From positions 416,001 through 480,000 of the forward strand of contig CAVSHF010000003.1 of NCBI GenBank assembly GCA_963727805.1: 64,000 bases of DNA. Reading direction: 5' to 3'. Source of the DNA: an uncultured Nitrospiraceae bacterium (GTDB lineage Bacteria > Nitrospirota > Thermodesulfovibrionia > Thermodesulfovibrionales > Dissulfurispiraceae). Below, piece by piece: positions 10,485 to 20,236 of the stretch. Positions within the stretch are counted from its first letter, which is position 1. Every line of letters begins with the position of its first letter. Position numbers and translations under genes: made by a program. The notes beneath the pieces were generated by a model. That model saw only the letters and a program-made list of their open reading frames with translations. It made no database searches and was not told where the DNA came from.

Positions 10485-10823
10485 ATGATAAAACTGCTTT
10501 TATCAGTAGTTAGTCTTGCAGCAGCATTTACTCTGGGTTGCGCTACTTCCAACATCAGGTTCACGCAGGATGAGATCAAGGAGTATCCTGTCGAGATGCA
10601 GGAGCATATCATAAAGGCAGAGGTTGTGCCAGGTATGATACCGAGCCAGGTGAGGTATGCTTGGGGTGCGCCTGATGAGGTGAAACTATCGACGATGCCT
10701 GACGGCAGACCTCAGGAACAATGGGTTTATTCGTCTGCGTTCGGCATTTTTAAGAGAAAACTCACTTTTATCGATGGTAAGCTGACATCGATCGTGAGTT
10801 CAGAGCCGGGAAGTGTGAAGTAG
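10485..10823 (+). CDS. Hypothetical lipoprotein, BamE/SmpA-like motifs
   Basis: Lipobox TLGC; GMIPSQVRYAWGAP..EQWVY; SD GGAGG before ATG 10485. Confidence 0.7.
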   Translation: MIKLLLSVVSLAAAFTLGCATSNIRFTQDEIKEYPVEMQEHIIKAEVVPGMIPSQVRYAWGAPDEVKLSTMPDGRPQEQWVYSSAFGIFKRKLTFIDGKLTSIVSSEPGSVK

Positions 10824-10833
10824 GAGAGGACAT

Positions 10834-13458
10834 ATGAAAGGTTCCGACATCAGAAATACCTTTCTTGAGTTTTTCGAATCGAAAGGTCACCAAACAGTCA
10901 AAAGCTCATCGCTCATCCCGAGGAATGATCCGACACTGCTCTTCACCAATGCCGGCATGGTCCAGTTTAAGTCAGTTTTCTTGGGGGAGGAAAAGCGGCA
11001 GTATGTGCGGGCTACTAGTTCTCAGAAGTGCATGAGGGCGGGTGGTAAGCATAGCGACCTCGAAAATGTGGGTCATACAGCCCGGCACCATACCTTTTTT
11101 GAGATGCTCGGAAACTTCTCCTTTGGAGATTATTTCAAAAGGGATGCAATCCTTTTTGCATGGGAACTCCTGACTGAAAAATTCAAACTGCCGAAGGATA
11201 AATTATGGGCGACTGTATACCAAGATGACGATGATGCAGCGCGTTTGTGGCCTGAACTTACCGGCATCCCGCCCGAGAGGGTTGTCAGGCTTGGTGCCAA
11301 GGATAATTTCTGGCAGATGGGTGATACGGGCCCCTGCGGGCCCTGCTCGGAGATCATCATCGATCAAGGAGAAGCGATAGGATGCGGAAAACCGGACTGC
11401 AAAGTCGGATGCGACTGCGACCGATATCTTGAACTCTGGAACCTCGTCTTCATGCAGTTCAACAGGGACGAAGCGGGCAAGCTTACCCCTCTTCCGAAAC
11501 CGAGCATCGATACTGGCATGGGTCTTGAGCGTCTCGCTGCTGTGCTCCAGGGGAAAAGAAATAATTTTGACACCGACCTTTTTGCCCCCATCATCGCCTC
11601 TATAAGTGCAATGTCAGGAGTCGCTTACGGGAAGAATTCGGAATTGGACGTTTCGATGAGGGTCATAGCCGACCATCTCAGATCCGTCTGTTTTCTGCTT
11701 TCCGAAGGACTTATGCCCTCCAATGAGGGAAGGGGATATGTTATGAGGCGCATCATTAGAAGAGCGGCAAGACACGCAAAATTGCTGGGTTTCGAAGAGC
11801 CTGTACTTTTCAAGATGATGGGATCTGTTGCCGAGGCCATGGGAGACATCTATCCCGAACTTATTCAGGAGAGGGATAGATCATCGAAAGTGCTCCTCTT
11901 TGAAGAGGAACGTTTTACGAAGACCCTCGATCAGGGCATGAGGCTTCTGGATGATGCTGTCTTCAAGATGAAACAGGCAGACGGGAAGGTTATCCCCGGT
12001 GACGTGCTTTTCAAACTTTATGATACGTTTGGATTCCCCCTTGATCTTGCTCGCGATATGGCGATGGACCACCATCTGCATATTGATGAGGAGGGTTTCA
12101 ACCGCGAGATGCACTTGCAACGAGAAAGGGCGCGTGCATCGTGGGTCGGGGAAGAGGACGCCATCGCATCGATTTATAAGGAGCTCAAGTCCGAAATTGG
12201 AGAGACTGTCTTTGTCGGATACGATTCACTTGAATCTGAATCGGTTATTAAAGCCATCCTTAGAGACGGCAAGGTCGTCAACGAAGCATCGGCTGGTGAT
12301 GCGGTAGAACTATTTCTTGATCGCACTCCTTTTTATGGCGAGTCCGGGGGACAACTCGGCGATAGTGGAACAATATATTGTGGCACCACGGAGCTATCTG
12401 TAAGGGATACAAAAAAAGAAGCGGGCCTACACTCCCACTTTGTCACTATACAGAATGGCAGTATCAAGGTCTGGGATAAAGTAACGTGTGTTGTCGACAA
12501 GGACGCCAGAATGGCTATTGCAAGGAACCATACAGCCACGCATATCCTTCACACTGCACTGAGAACTGTCCTCGGTGAGCATGTCAAACAGGCTGGATCA
12601 TATGTCTCTCCCGAAAGACTTCGATTTGACTTCTCACATTTCTATCAGGTTGAGAAGGGTGAACTTGATACCATTGAGGACATCGTCAACGCCGAGGTCC
12701 TCGAAAACAAACCAATCGATACTGAGATATCTGATATACAGACGGCCCTCAAGACCGGTGTGATAGCACTCTTTGGGGAAAAATACGGTGAAGAGGTAAG
12801 GGTGGTAAAGGTGCCGGGATTCAGCTCGGAACTATGCGGCGGAACACACTGTCGTATGACTGGCGAAATCGGGCTTTTTACGATCATCTCCGAAGGGAGT
12901 GTTGCTTCTGGCATCAGACGGATTGAGGCATTTACTGGGAAGGCTGCCTATGAATATCTGAGGGAGAAGCGGGACGATCTTAAACGGATAGGAGATGTCC
13001 TCAAGACTGATCAGCCAGTTGAAAGACTGGAGAAGGTAATGGCTGATCTCAAAGAGAAGGACAGGGAGATTGAGACTCTTAAGGGCAAACTCTCTTCCCA
13101 TAGCTCCTCTTCACTTCTTGAGCTCGCGAAAGAGGTGGACGGCGTAAGGGTCCTGTCTTGCCGTGTCGACAACCTTGAACAAAAGGATTTGAGGGTACTC
13201 GCTGACAATGTCAGGGACCGGCTCGGCTCAGGGATTATCGTCCTAGCCTCCGCAAAAGACGAACAAGCCTCTATCGTAGCCATGGTTACCAAAGACCTTA
13301 CTCGGCAATATAGTGCTGGTGAGATATTGAAGAATATCGCAGCCCTTGCGGGTGGCAGAGGTGGCGGCAAGCCCGATATGGCTCAGGGAGGTACAAAAGA
13401 GCTCGACAAGCTGGATGGCGCCCTTGAATCAGTATATTCCTTGGTTAAAAAGAAGTGA
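10834..13458 (+). CDS. alaS: Alanine--tRNA ligase
   Basis: DPTLLFTNAGMVQFK, HHTFFEMLGNFSFGDYFK, HTATH, ELCGGTH, GGGKPDMAQGG. Confidence 0.99.
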   Translation: MKGSDIRNTFLEFFESKGHQTVKSSSLIPRNDPTLLFTNAGMVQFKSVFLGEEKRQYVRATSSQKCMRAGGKHSDLENVGHTARHHTFFEMLGNFSFGDYFKRDAILFAWELLTEKFKLPKDKLWATVYQDDDDAARLWPELTGIPPERVVRLGAKDNFWQMGDTGPCGPCSEIIIDQGEAIGCGKPDCKVGCDCDRYLELWNLVFMQFNRDEAGKLTPLPKPSIDTGMGLERLAAVLQGKRNNFDTDLFAPIIASISAMSGVAYGKNSELDVSMRVIADHLRSVCFLLSEGLMPSNEGRGYVMRRIIRRAARHAKLLGFEEPVLFKMMGSVAEAMGDIYPELIQERDRSSKVLLFEEERFTKTLDQGMRLLDDAVFKMKQADGKVIPGDVLFKLYDTFGFPLDLARDMAMDHHLHIDEEGFNREMHLQRERARASWVGEEDAIASIYKELKSEIGETVFVGYDSLESESVIKAILRDGKVVNEASAGDAVELFLDRTPFYGESGGQLGDSGTIYCGTTELSVRDTKKEAGLHSHFVTIQNGSIKVWDKVTCVVDKDARMAIARNHTATHILHTALRTVLGEHVKQAGSYVSPERLRFDFSHFYQVEKGELDTIEDIVNAEVLENKPIDTEISDIQTALKTGVIALFGEKYGEEVRVVKVPGFSSELCGGTHCRMTGEIGLFTIISEGSVASGIRRIEAFTGKAAYEYLREKRDDLKRIGDVLKTDQPVERLEKVMADLKEKDREIETLKGKLSSHSSSSLLELAKEVDGVRVLSCRVDNLEQKDLRVLADNVRDRLGSGIIVLASAKDEQASIVAMVTKDLTRQYSAGEILKNIAALAGGRGGGKPDMAQGGTKELDKLDGALESVYSLVKKK

Positions 13459-13628
13459 TCGAAATGCGGGTCTGGTCGTATATACAGTAGTTTCTGACGC
13501 TTTTATCGCACTCCAGCGTAAATCCGCATTGCGGTTTTTAGTATGCTGCATTTCTTTTGACATTCTGCTGTTCGTTTTGATCATTTAGTTCGGCTTTCTA
13601 TCATATATCACCTTTATGATTGAACCAC

Positions 13629-13657
13629 TTGACAAGCGATCAAAAAAGGAGTAAATT
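13629..13657 (+). promoter_or_regulatory. Putative sigma70 promoter of cydAB-rrf2
   Basis: TTGACA-17 nt-TAAATT. Confidence 0.55.
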
Positions 13658-13706
13658 AGTCTCAATTAGTTCGTGAACAGAATCTTACCGCAAGGAGGAG
13701 TAACTA

Positions 13707-15071
13707 ATGGACGCATTGATGTTAAGCAGGCTGCAGTTTGCCGTTACTGCGGGGTTCCATTTCATCTTCGTGCCGCTTACCCTTGGCCTTTCTCTGCTGA
13801 TCGCCTTTATGGAGTCGAAGTACGTCCGCACGGGCGATGAAATGTATTTAAGAATGACAAAATTCTGGGGCAAACTCTTTCTCATCAATTTTGCCCTCGG
13901 CATCGTTACGGGCATTACGCTGGAATTTCAGTTCGGTATGAACTGGGCCGAGTATTCGAAGTATGTAGGCGATATCTTTGGGGCGCCACTTGCTATCGAG
14001 GCGACACTGGCCTTTTTCCTTGAATCCACATTCATCGGGCTCTGGATATTTGGCTGGAACAGGATTTCCAAGAAGCTTCATGCGGCATCGATCTGGATCG
14101 TCGCGATCGCCGCAAATTTATCGGCGCTCTGGATCCTTCTCGCAAATGGTTGGATGCAGAAGCCTGTCGGATATCTGCTTCGCAACGGAAGGGCTGAAAT
14201 GGTGGATTTCGGTGCATTGGTAACAAACAGCTATGGTTGGTCGAAGTTCTTCCACACCGTCCTGTCCGGTTACGTAGCAGCGGCATTTTTCGTGATGGGT
14301 ATTTCTGCATATCATATCCTGCGGAAGAACGAACTTCCCTTTTTCAAAGCTTCGTTCAGGATGGCCGCATTTTTTGGGTTGTTGACGTCTCTTTTTGTCT
14401 TTGTTGCCGGCGATTTTCACGGACGCGAAGTCGCAGAGACGCAGCCGACAAAGCTTGCGGCCATGGAAGCGGTCTGGGAGACGCAGAAGGCAGCTCCGTT
14501 TCATCTCCTGGCCTTTCCTGATACGCAGAATGAGAAGAACTCCGTCGAAGCTATCGCCATTCCCAAAATGCTGAGCTATCTCTCCTATCACGATGGGAAT
14601 GCGGAGATCAAGGGACTCAAGGAATTTCCGGCAGAAATGAGACCTCCTGTGTTGGCGACATTCTTAAGCTTCAGGGTCATGGTGGCACTGGGAATGCTCT
14701 TTATACTTCTCGCAGTTATGGCTTGGCTGGTTTCGAGAAAAGATGCCCTTGAATCCAATCCGCTGCTGTTAAAGATCATGCTCTATGCGATCCCGCTTCC
14801 ATATATTGCAATCCAGCTTGGATGGATCGTCGCGGAGGTAGGGCGGCAACCTTGGATCGTCTATGGATTGTTGAAGACTTCTGATGCGGTTTCAAAGTCC
14901 ATAACACCCGGGCAGGTCATACTGTCTCTTGCAGGATTTACTCTTCTTTACGGGTTTCTGGCCATTGTTGATATCTATCTACTTTTCAAGAATGCCAAAA
15001 AGGGGCCTGAAGAGGAGCCGTCTGTAATCGTGAAACGACCGGGAGTTGTGCCGGCAAAACAGGAGGCATAA
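13707..15071 (+). CDS. cydA: Cytochrome bd ubiquinol oxidase subunit I
   Basis: SRLQFA..HFIF, EFQFGMNW, QPTKLAAMEA, EVGRQPW; short Q-loop. Confidence 0.97.
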   Translation: MDALMLSRLQFAVTAGFHFIFVPLTLGLSLLIAFMESKYVRTGDEMYLRMTKFWGKLFLINFALGIVTGITLEFQFGMNWAEYSKYVGDIFGAPLAIEATLAFFLESTFIGLWIFGWNRISKKLHAASIWIVAIAANLSALWILLANGWMQKPVGYLLRNGRAEMVDFGALVTNSYGWSKFFHTVLSGYVAAAFFVMGISAYHILRKNELPFFKASFRMAAFFGLLTSLFVFVAGDFHGREVAETQPTKLAAMEAVWETQKAAPFHLLAFPDTQNEKNSVEAIAIPKMLSYLSYHDGNAEIKGLKEFPAEMRPPVLATFLSFRVMVALGMLFILLAVMAWLVSRKDALESNPLLLKIMLYAIPLPYIAIQLGWIVAEVGRQPWIVYGLLKTSDAVSKSITPGQVILSLAGFTLLYGFLAIVDIYLLFKNAKKGPEEEPSVIVKRPGVVPAKQEA

Positions 15072-15072
15072 T

Positions 15073-16101
15073 ATGGAATTCCAGATCATATGGTTTGTTT
15101 TATGGTCAGTCTTGTGGGCTGTTTATTTCATGCTGGACGGGTTTGATTTAGGAGCAGGCATCCTACAGCGCTTCCTCGCAAAGAACGAGTCAGAGAGGCG
15201 CGCAATAGTCAGCAGTATGGGGCCTGTCTGGGACGGTAATGAAGTCTGGCTACTGACGGCCGGAGGAGCTACATTTGCGGCCTTTCCGACAACCTATGCG
15301 CTGATGTTTAGTTATCTCTACACTGCATTGTTACTCATTCTCTTTGCTCTGATACTAAGAGGGGTGGCCATGGAGTTGAGAGGAAAAGAAGATAGTGAGA
15401 GGTGGCGCAGCAATTGGGACTTCGCCTTGCTGGTCGGCAGTTTTCTGCCGGCTCTTCTTTTCGGCGTCGCCTTTGGAAACATCTTTGAGGGTCTGCCGAT
15501 GGATGCCGAAGGATATCACGGCACCCTTTTCACCCTTCTGAACCCTTACGGCCTGCTTACTGGGGTTTTCTTTGTCCTCCTGTTTATCATGCACGGAGCC
15601 CTCTTCATTTCCGTGAAGACGTCGGAAGATCTCAGCCAAAGGGCAGTGAGGTTTGCGAACAAGGCTTGGTATCCGCTTCTGGTCGTGGCCGTGTTGTTTC
15701 TCATCTACACAGAATTTGCCACGAAGCTGTATGATAATTTCGTCGGGTCGCCCGTCCTGTTCGTAGTGCCGCTCTTAGCCGTGGTGTCACTCTTAGGAAT
15801 CAAAGCTTTCGCGGCCAAAGGGAGTGCTCTGAAAGCTTTTATGGCTTCTTGCCTGACCATACTGACGGTAACATTCACCGGAGTGATAGGTCTATTCCCG
15901 AACCTGATCCCGTCGAATCTCGATACGCGCTATAGTCTGACGATTTTCAACTCTTCTTCGAGTCCCTATACGCTCAAGATCATGACCGCTGTTGCGTTAA
16001 TTTTCGTGCCGATTGTCATAGTGTATCAGGTCTGGAATTACCGAATATTCAAACAGAAGATCAATCCCTCGGAAATGCTGAAGAAAGGGGAATCCTACTG
16101 A
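15073..16101 (+). CDS. cydB: Cytochrome bd ubiquinol oxidase subunit II
   Basis: LDGFDLGAG, GPVWDGNEVWL; SD AGGAGG before ATG 15073. Confidence 0.97.
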   Translation: MEFQIIWFVLWSVLWAVYFMLDGFDLGAGILQRFLAKNESERRAIVSSMGPVWDGNEVWLLTAGGATFAAFPTTYALMFSYLYTALLLILFALILRGVAMELRGKEDSERWRSNWDFALLVGSFLPALLFGVAFGNIFEGLPMDAEGYHGTLFTLLNPYGLLTGVFFVLLFIMHGALFISVKTSEDLSQRAVRFANKAWYPLLVVAVLFLIYTEFATKLYDNFVGSPVLFVVPLLAVVSLLGIKAFAAKGSALKAFMASCLTILTVTFTGVIGLFPNLIPSNLDTRYSLTIFNSSSSPYTLKIMTAVALIFVPIVIVYQVWNYRIFKQKINPSEMLKKGESY

Positions 16102-16116
16102 GCGGGATGTAGTGGA

Positions 16117-16512
16117 ATGCTGAGTATCAAACGTGAAACTGATTATGCCATACGCTGTGTTTATTATCTTTCGGGAAAGCCTGATAAGGTGATCATGGTA
16201 GACGAGATAGCTCGCGAAATGTGTATCCCTAAAAGCTTTCTATCAAAGATACTGCAGAAGCTGGCAAGATCGAAAATCGTGAAATCATATGTCGGCGTCA
16301 AGGGCGGGTTTATTCTTGCAGAGAATCCCGGCGATATTACCCTGTATGATGTCATTGTCTCTGTTGAAGGACCTGTGGCCATGAACAGATGTACTGTTAA
16401 AAAGAAGGAATGCGCCCTGAGCAGCAAGTGTAATGTCCATCCCATCTGGGTTTTGGTGAGGCATGATGTTGAGCAGCTACTTAGGGAAAAGAACTTTGGT
16501 GATATCGGATAA
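16117..16512 (+). CDS. Rrf2-family transcriptional regulator with three Fe-S-type Cys
   Basis: TDYAIR, FLSKILQKL, GVKGGF, C-x6-C-x5-C-x2-H. Confidence 0.93.
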   Translation: MLSIKRETDYAIRCVYYLSGKPDKVIMVDEIAREMCIPKSFLSKILQKLARSKIVKSYVGVKGGFILAENPGDITLYDVIVSVEGPVAMNRCTVKKKECALSSKCNVHPIWVLVRHDVEQLLREKNFGDIG

Positions 16513-16523
16513 GAGTTACTGCT

Positions 16524-16558
16524 AAAAATAAAAAGGCGGCACTTCTTAATACCGCCTT
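16524..16558 (-). terminator. Intrinsic terminator between the convergent rrf2 and acyl-CoA dehydrogenase genes
   Basis: AAGGCGG...CCGCCTT stem with a T-run on the minus strand. Confidence 0.6.
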
Positions 16559-16578
16559 CTCAATGCTTCTTGTTTTAT

Positions 16579-16606
16579 GTGGGGGCGTATCGCGATGCGC
16601 CCCTAT
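16579..16606 (-). repeat. Degenerate GTAG-type REP-like palindrome overlapping the acyl-CoA dehydrogenase stop codon
   Basis: Minus strand reads ATAGGGGCGCATCGCGATACGCCCCCAC, versus the pattern GTAGGGGCG...CGCCCCTAC. Confidence 0.55.
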
Positions 16607-17760
16607 TTCTTTTTTGCCGCCTCTTTGATAAGCGCCTGCCCGATGACATTCCTCTGGATCTGGTTTGTCCCCTCGTAGATCTGCAGTATCTTGGCATCTC
16701 TCATCATCTTCTCGACAGGATATTCCTTCATATAACCCGAACCGCCCATGACCTGGAGCGCGTTGGTTGTCACGCGCATGCCGAGGTCGGTCGCGTAGGT
16801 CTTGGCTATGGCCGACTCCTTCGATACCTCCCTGGCTCCGCTGTCGATGAAACGTGAAACAGCATAGATGAGCGCTCTCGCCGCTTCGATCTCGATCGCC
16901 ATGTCGGCGAGCATATGCTGAATGGCCTGGAAGCTGATTATGGGGTGCCCGAACTGGACTCGCTGACGGGCGAACTTGACCGCTTCATCAAAGGCACCCT
17001 GTGCGACACCGAGACCCTGGGCGCCGACGCCTGTCCTGGACGAGTCAAGAGTCTTCATCGCAACAATGAAGCCCATGCCCTCTTTTCCGAGGAGGTTATC
17101 TTTGGGAATTCTGCAATTATCAAAGATAAGCTCGGTTGTAGCCGAGCAGCGGATTCCCATTTTGTTCTCCTTCTTGCCGAAGGTGAAGCCAGGGGTGCCC
17201 TTCTCGACAATGAATGCTGAGGCTCCGCGGGGACCTTTAGACTTATCGGTAATTGTGATAATCGTATAGATGTCAGCCACACCGCCGTTAGTGATCCACT
17301 GCTTCGTGCCGTTGAGGACATACTCATCCCCATCGGGCCTGGCTGTGGTCTGTATTCCTCCTGCATCGCTGCCCGCATTGGCCTCAGTAAGACCGAAGGC
17401 GACGAGTCTCTTGCCGGCGGCGATATCGGGAAGGTATTTTTTCTTTTGAGCATCGCTGCCGAACAGCAGGATTGGGAAAGTACCGAGCGCATTTGCGGCA
17501 TATGAGGTTGACACGCCCACACATGCCCTTGAAAGTTCCTCAACAGCGATGCAGAGTTCGAGGCACCCTTTACCAAGGCCGCCGTACTCTTCCGGAATAA
17601 AAAGGCCGAGCATGTCAGACTGGGCCAGCACTTTGATAATCTCATAAGGGAACTCACCGGTTTCGTCGAGTTCGGCCCTGACGGGAACGATCTTCTCCTC
17701 GGCGATCTGGCGTGCAAGATCCCGTATCATTTCTTGTTCTTCATTCAAAAAATAGTCCAT
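16603..17760 (-). CDS. Acyl-CoA dehydrogenase (short-chain/butyryl-CoA type)
   Basis: FGLTEANAGSD, NGTKQWITNG, RDAKILQIYEGTNQIQR. Confidence 0.96.
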   Translation of the reverse strand: MDYFLNEEQEMIRDLARQIAEEKIVPVRAELDETGEFPYEIIKVLAQSDMLGLFIPEEYGGLGKGCLELCIAVEELSRACVGVSTSYAANALGTFPILLFGSDAQKKKYLPDIAAGKRLVAFGLTEANAGSDAGGIQTTARPDGDEYVLNGTKQWITNGGVADIYTIITITDKSKGPRGASAFIVEKGTPGFTFGKKENKMGIRCSATTELIFDNCRIPKDNLLGKEGMGFIVAMKTLDSSRTGVGAQGLGVAQGAFDEAVKFARQRVQFGHPIISFQAIQHMLADMAIEIEAARALIYAVSRFIDSGAREVSKESAIAKTYATDLGMRVTTNALQVMGGSGYMKEYPVEKMMRDAKILQIYEGTNQIQRNVIGQALIKEAAKKK

Positions 17761-17798
17761 AAAAATCCTCCCGTTGCATCTTCACTTGTAGTGGACAT

Positions 17799-19151
17799 TT
17801 ATCCGCTGATATCGATATCTCCTGCGAGGAGATGAGAGGTACCTATATTACCATAAAAATGGAGGTCATCACCAATCAAAAGGATATTCTTAAAGAGTTG
17901 CAGAATGTTGCCGGAAATCAAAGCCTCTTTGACGGGATGAACGATGTCACCGTTTTCAATCCAGAGACCGGAAACACCAACAGAATACTCTCCCGAAATG
18001 GGGTTCGCCGTATGCATGCCCATCGTCTCGGTCACATAGATTCCCTTGCTTATCGATTTCATAAGACCGGAAAGGCTTTTTGCATATTCATCAGAGGTGG
18101 CCACAATAAATAGGTTGGTAGGACCGACCGTAGGAAGTCCTGCAAATCCGCCCCTCACCGCATTTCCAGTCGAGATCGTATGGTCTTTTCTCGACGTGTA
18201 TGTATTGTAAAGATATCCCTTGAGGACGCCTTTTTCGATAAGGGTCTTCTGCGTCGTCGCAACGCCTTCATCGTCCGCGGGGCGACTGCCCAACTTGCCC
18301 CGTAGGAGGCCGCTGTCAATGAGGTCAAGCCGTGAGCTGATTATCGTTTCCCCGATCTTTCCCGCGAGCATAGATTTCTTTTTCTGAACGGCTTCCGAAG
18401 AGAGGGCAGACGACAGAATGCCAAGGAATTCGGCAGCTACGGAAGAATCCAGGAGAACGAACCCTTTCGTAGGAGAAATCTTCTCTGCCCCAAGGAGTTG
18501 CAGTGCTCTGCCCGCTGCGTTTCGTCCAATCTCTTCAAAAGAAATATCCTTCAGAAAACGGCTTCCCTGATATTCCCATCCCATCTGGCTTTCATCGCTT
18601 TCTTCTGCAATTGCCATTATGTGGGCGGAACATGACGTAGATGAAAAATCGAGATTGACACCCCGAGAGTTGATGATCCGCGTGTGTCCGATGCCGAAAC
18701 TACCGGAAGCGCTCCGTGTTTTCCTTATTCTGCGGTCATTCATGAGCGCAGCACGCTCCATTGAAACGATCATGTCGATGGCATCCTTTTCATGTAAAGA
18801 TGCAACCGAACTGTCATAGACAACAACCTCGGACAAGGCGCTTCTGGCGGGAAGGCCACTATATTCATCAGGCTCCGTGAATTGGGAGGCTTCTACGGCG
18901 TTCCTGGCGACTGAATGGATATCGGCCGGATTGGTTGAATAAGAGAAGCCAAGCCGCCTATCTTTGAATACACGCACTGAATAACCAATCGAGTCGGACC
19001 TTTCTAAAGTATCGATTAGCTGGTTCTTTACTTCGATGCTTAGGTACTTTGACCCTCGCACATAGACTTCAGCCTCGTCAGCACCCTCCTGTAGCGCATG
19101 CTGCAGGAGTTCATCGGCAAAGTGGGCTTCAGAAGCAGGATGGTTCTTCAT
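17799..19151 (-). CDS. pmbA: TldD/PmbA family protein (PmbA/TldE type)
   Basis: DDEGV, STGNA, NPISGEYSVG motifs; no HExxH. Confidence 0.85.
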   Translation of the reverse strand: MKNHPASEAHFADELLQHALQEGADEAEVYVRGSKYLSIEVKNQLIDTLERSDSIGYSVRVFKDRRLGFSYSTNPADIHSVARNAVEASQFTEPDEYSGLPARSALSEVVVYDSSVASLHEKDAIDMIVSMERAALMNDRRIRKTRSASGSFGIGHTRIINSRGVNLDFSSTSCSAHIMAIAEESDESQMGWEYQGSRFLKDISFEEIGRNAAGRALQLLGAEKISPTKGFVLLDSSVAAEFLGILSSALSSEAVQKKKSMLAGKIGETIISSRLDLIDSGLLRGKLGSRPADDEGVATTQKTLIEKGVLKGYLYNTYTSRKDHTISTGNAVRGGFAGLPTVGPTNLFIVATSDEYAKSLSGLMKSISKGIYVTETMGMHTANPISGEYSVGVSGLWIENGDIVHPVKEALISGNILQLFKNILLIGDDLHFYGNIGTSHLLAGDIDISG

Positions 19152-19519
19152 TCTTCAGTATAGGTCGCAGAAGCTGTGTCGGATTCCCAGACCGTCACGG
19201 ACTTCAGCCTTACCTCATATCCCGCGGCTTTCTCTTTCAGTGAATTAAAAATCCATCGGGCAATGTTTTCTGAAGAGGGATTGATATCGGTAAAGGGAGC
19301 CAGGGAGTTTAGGCAAGTATGATCGATAGGGCCAACGATCTCGTTGGTGATTCGCTTGAGTTCGGTAAAGTCCATAGCCAGACCTATGTCGTTCAGGTTC
19401 TGCGAAGAAACACAGACCTGCACCTTCCAGCTATGGCCATGGAGGTTTTCGCATCTTCCCATATATCCCCGGAGTTGATGCGCGGAGGCGAATTTCATTT
19501 CAATCATTAAAGTATACAT
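19148..19519 (-). CDS. queD: 6-carboxy-5,6,7,8-tetrahydropterin synthase
   Basis: FASAHQL, CENLHGH, NPSSENIA, VWES. Confidence 0.95.
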   Translation of the reverse strand: MYTLMIEMKFASAHQLRGYMGRCENLHGHSWKVQVCVSSQNLNDIGLAMDFTELKRITNEIVGPIDHTCLNSLAPFTDINPSSENIARWIFNSLKEKAAGYEVRLKSVTVWESDTASATYTEE

Positions 19520-19542
19520 AGCATGTCCTTTAGCCGGGGATA

Positions 19543-20064
19543 TCAAGTCTTCTTTTTAAAAATGGCGATATAAGGGAGGTTCCTGAACCGGTCCTCGTAA
19601 TCGAGTCCGTAGCCGACAAAAAATTCATTGGGGATATCGAAGCCGATATAATCGAGGTGTACCTCCACGACCCGGCGCTCTTTTTTATTGAGAAATGCGC
19701 AGATCTTTAAACTTTCGGGGTTCCTTGTTAGTATCCTTTCGCGGAGAAAATTGAGTGATATACCGGTGTCGATGATATCATCGATGAGGAGGACATTCTT
19801 GCCCTTGAGGTCTTCTTTGATATCGTAATGCACTTTCACTTCACCCGTGGACGTCGTTCTTATATAACTCGACGCCACGATGAAATCGATCGTGACCGGT
19901 TGCTGGATAGCCCTGACAAGGTCGGAAAAGAACATGAAGGAACCCTTGAGGATACCCACGGCAACAATCTCTTTACCCAGGTAATCGCGGGAGATACTTT
20001 CTGCCAGTTCAGCGACCTTGCTCTGGATCTGCTCCGTGGTAAAAAAAGGTTTTCCAATGATCAT
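19543..20064 (-). CDS. hpt: Hypoxanthine phosphoribosyltransferase
   Basis: GILKGS, VLLIDDIIDTG PRPP loop, FFVGYGLDY..RNLP. Confidence 0.96.
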   Translation of the reverse strand: MIIGKPFFTTEQIQSKVAELAESISRDYLGKEIVAVGILKGSFMFFSDLVRAIQQPVTIDFIVASSYIRTTSTGEVKVHYDIKEDLKGKNVLLIDDIIDTGISLNFLRERILTRNPESLKICAFLNKKERRVVEVHLDYIGFDIPNEFFVGYGLDYEDRFRNLPYIAIFKKKT

Positions 20065-20236
20065 AGGGAGAGCCTCCGTTTCAAACTTTAGATTATATAT
20101 AATACTTCTATATTGTTTCCAATCTCAACATAGCAAAAGAAATAGGGTCGAGACCTACCTTGCACTTGCAATGCCATGCAGGCATCTAATCATTTTTGGT
20201 AGTATAAGAGTACAATTTAATGTTTTGGAGGAATCC

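Noticed and set aside
13629..13643. FNR-like box TTGAC-AAGCG-ATCAA upstream of cydA
   Set aside because: Spacer is 5 nt rather than 4, and the left half is explained by the -35 hexamer
20162..20177. Sigma54-like GG-N10-GC on the minus strand upstream of hpt
   Set aside because: Imperfect match; a TATAAT box lies closer to the gene; likely chance
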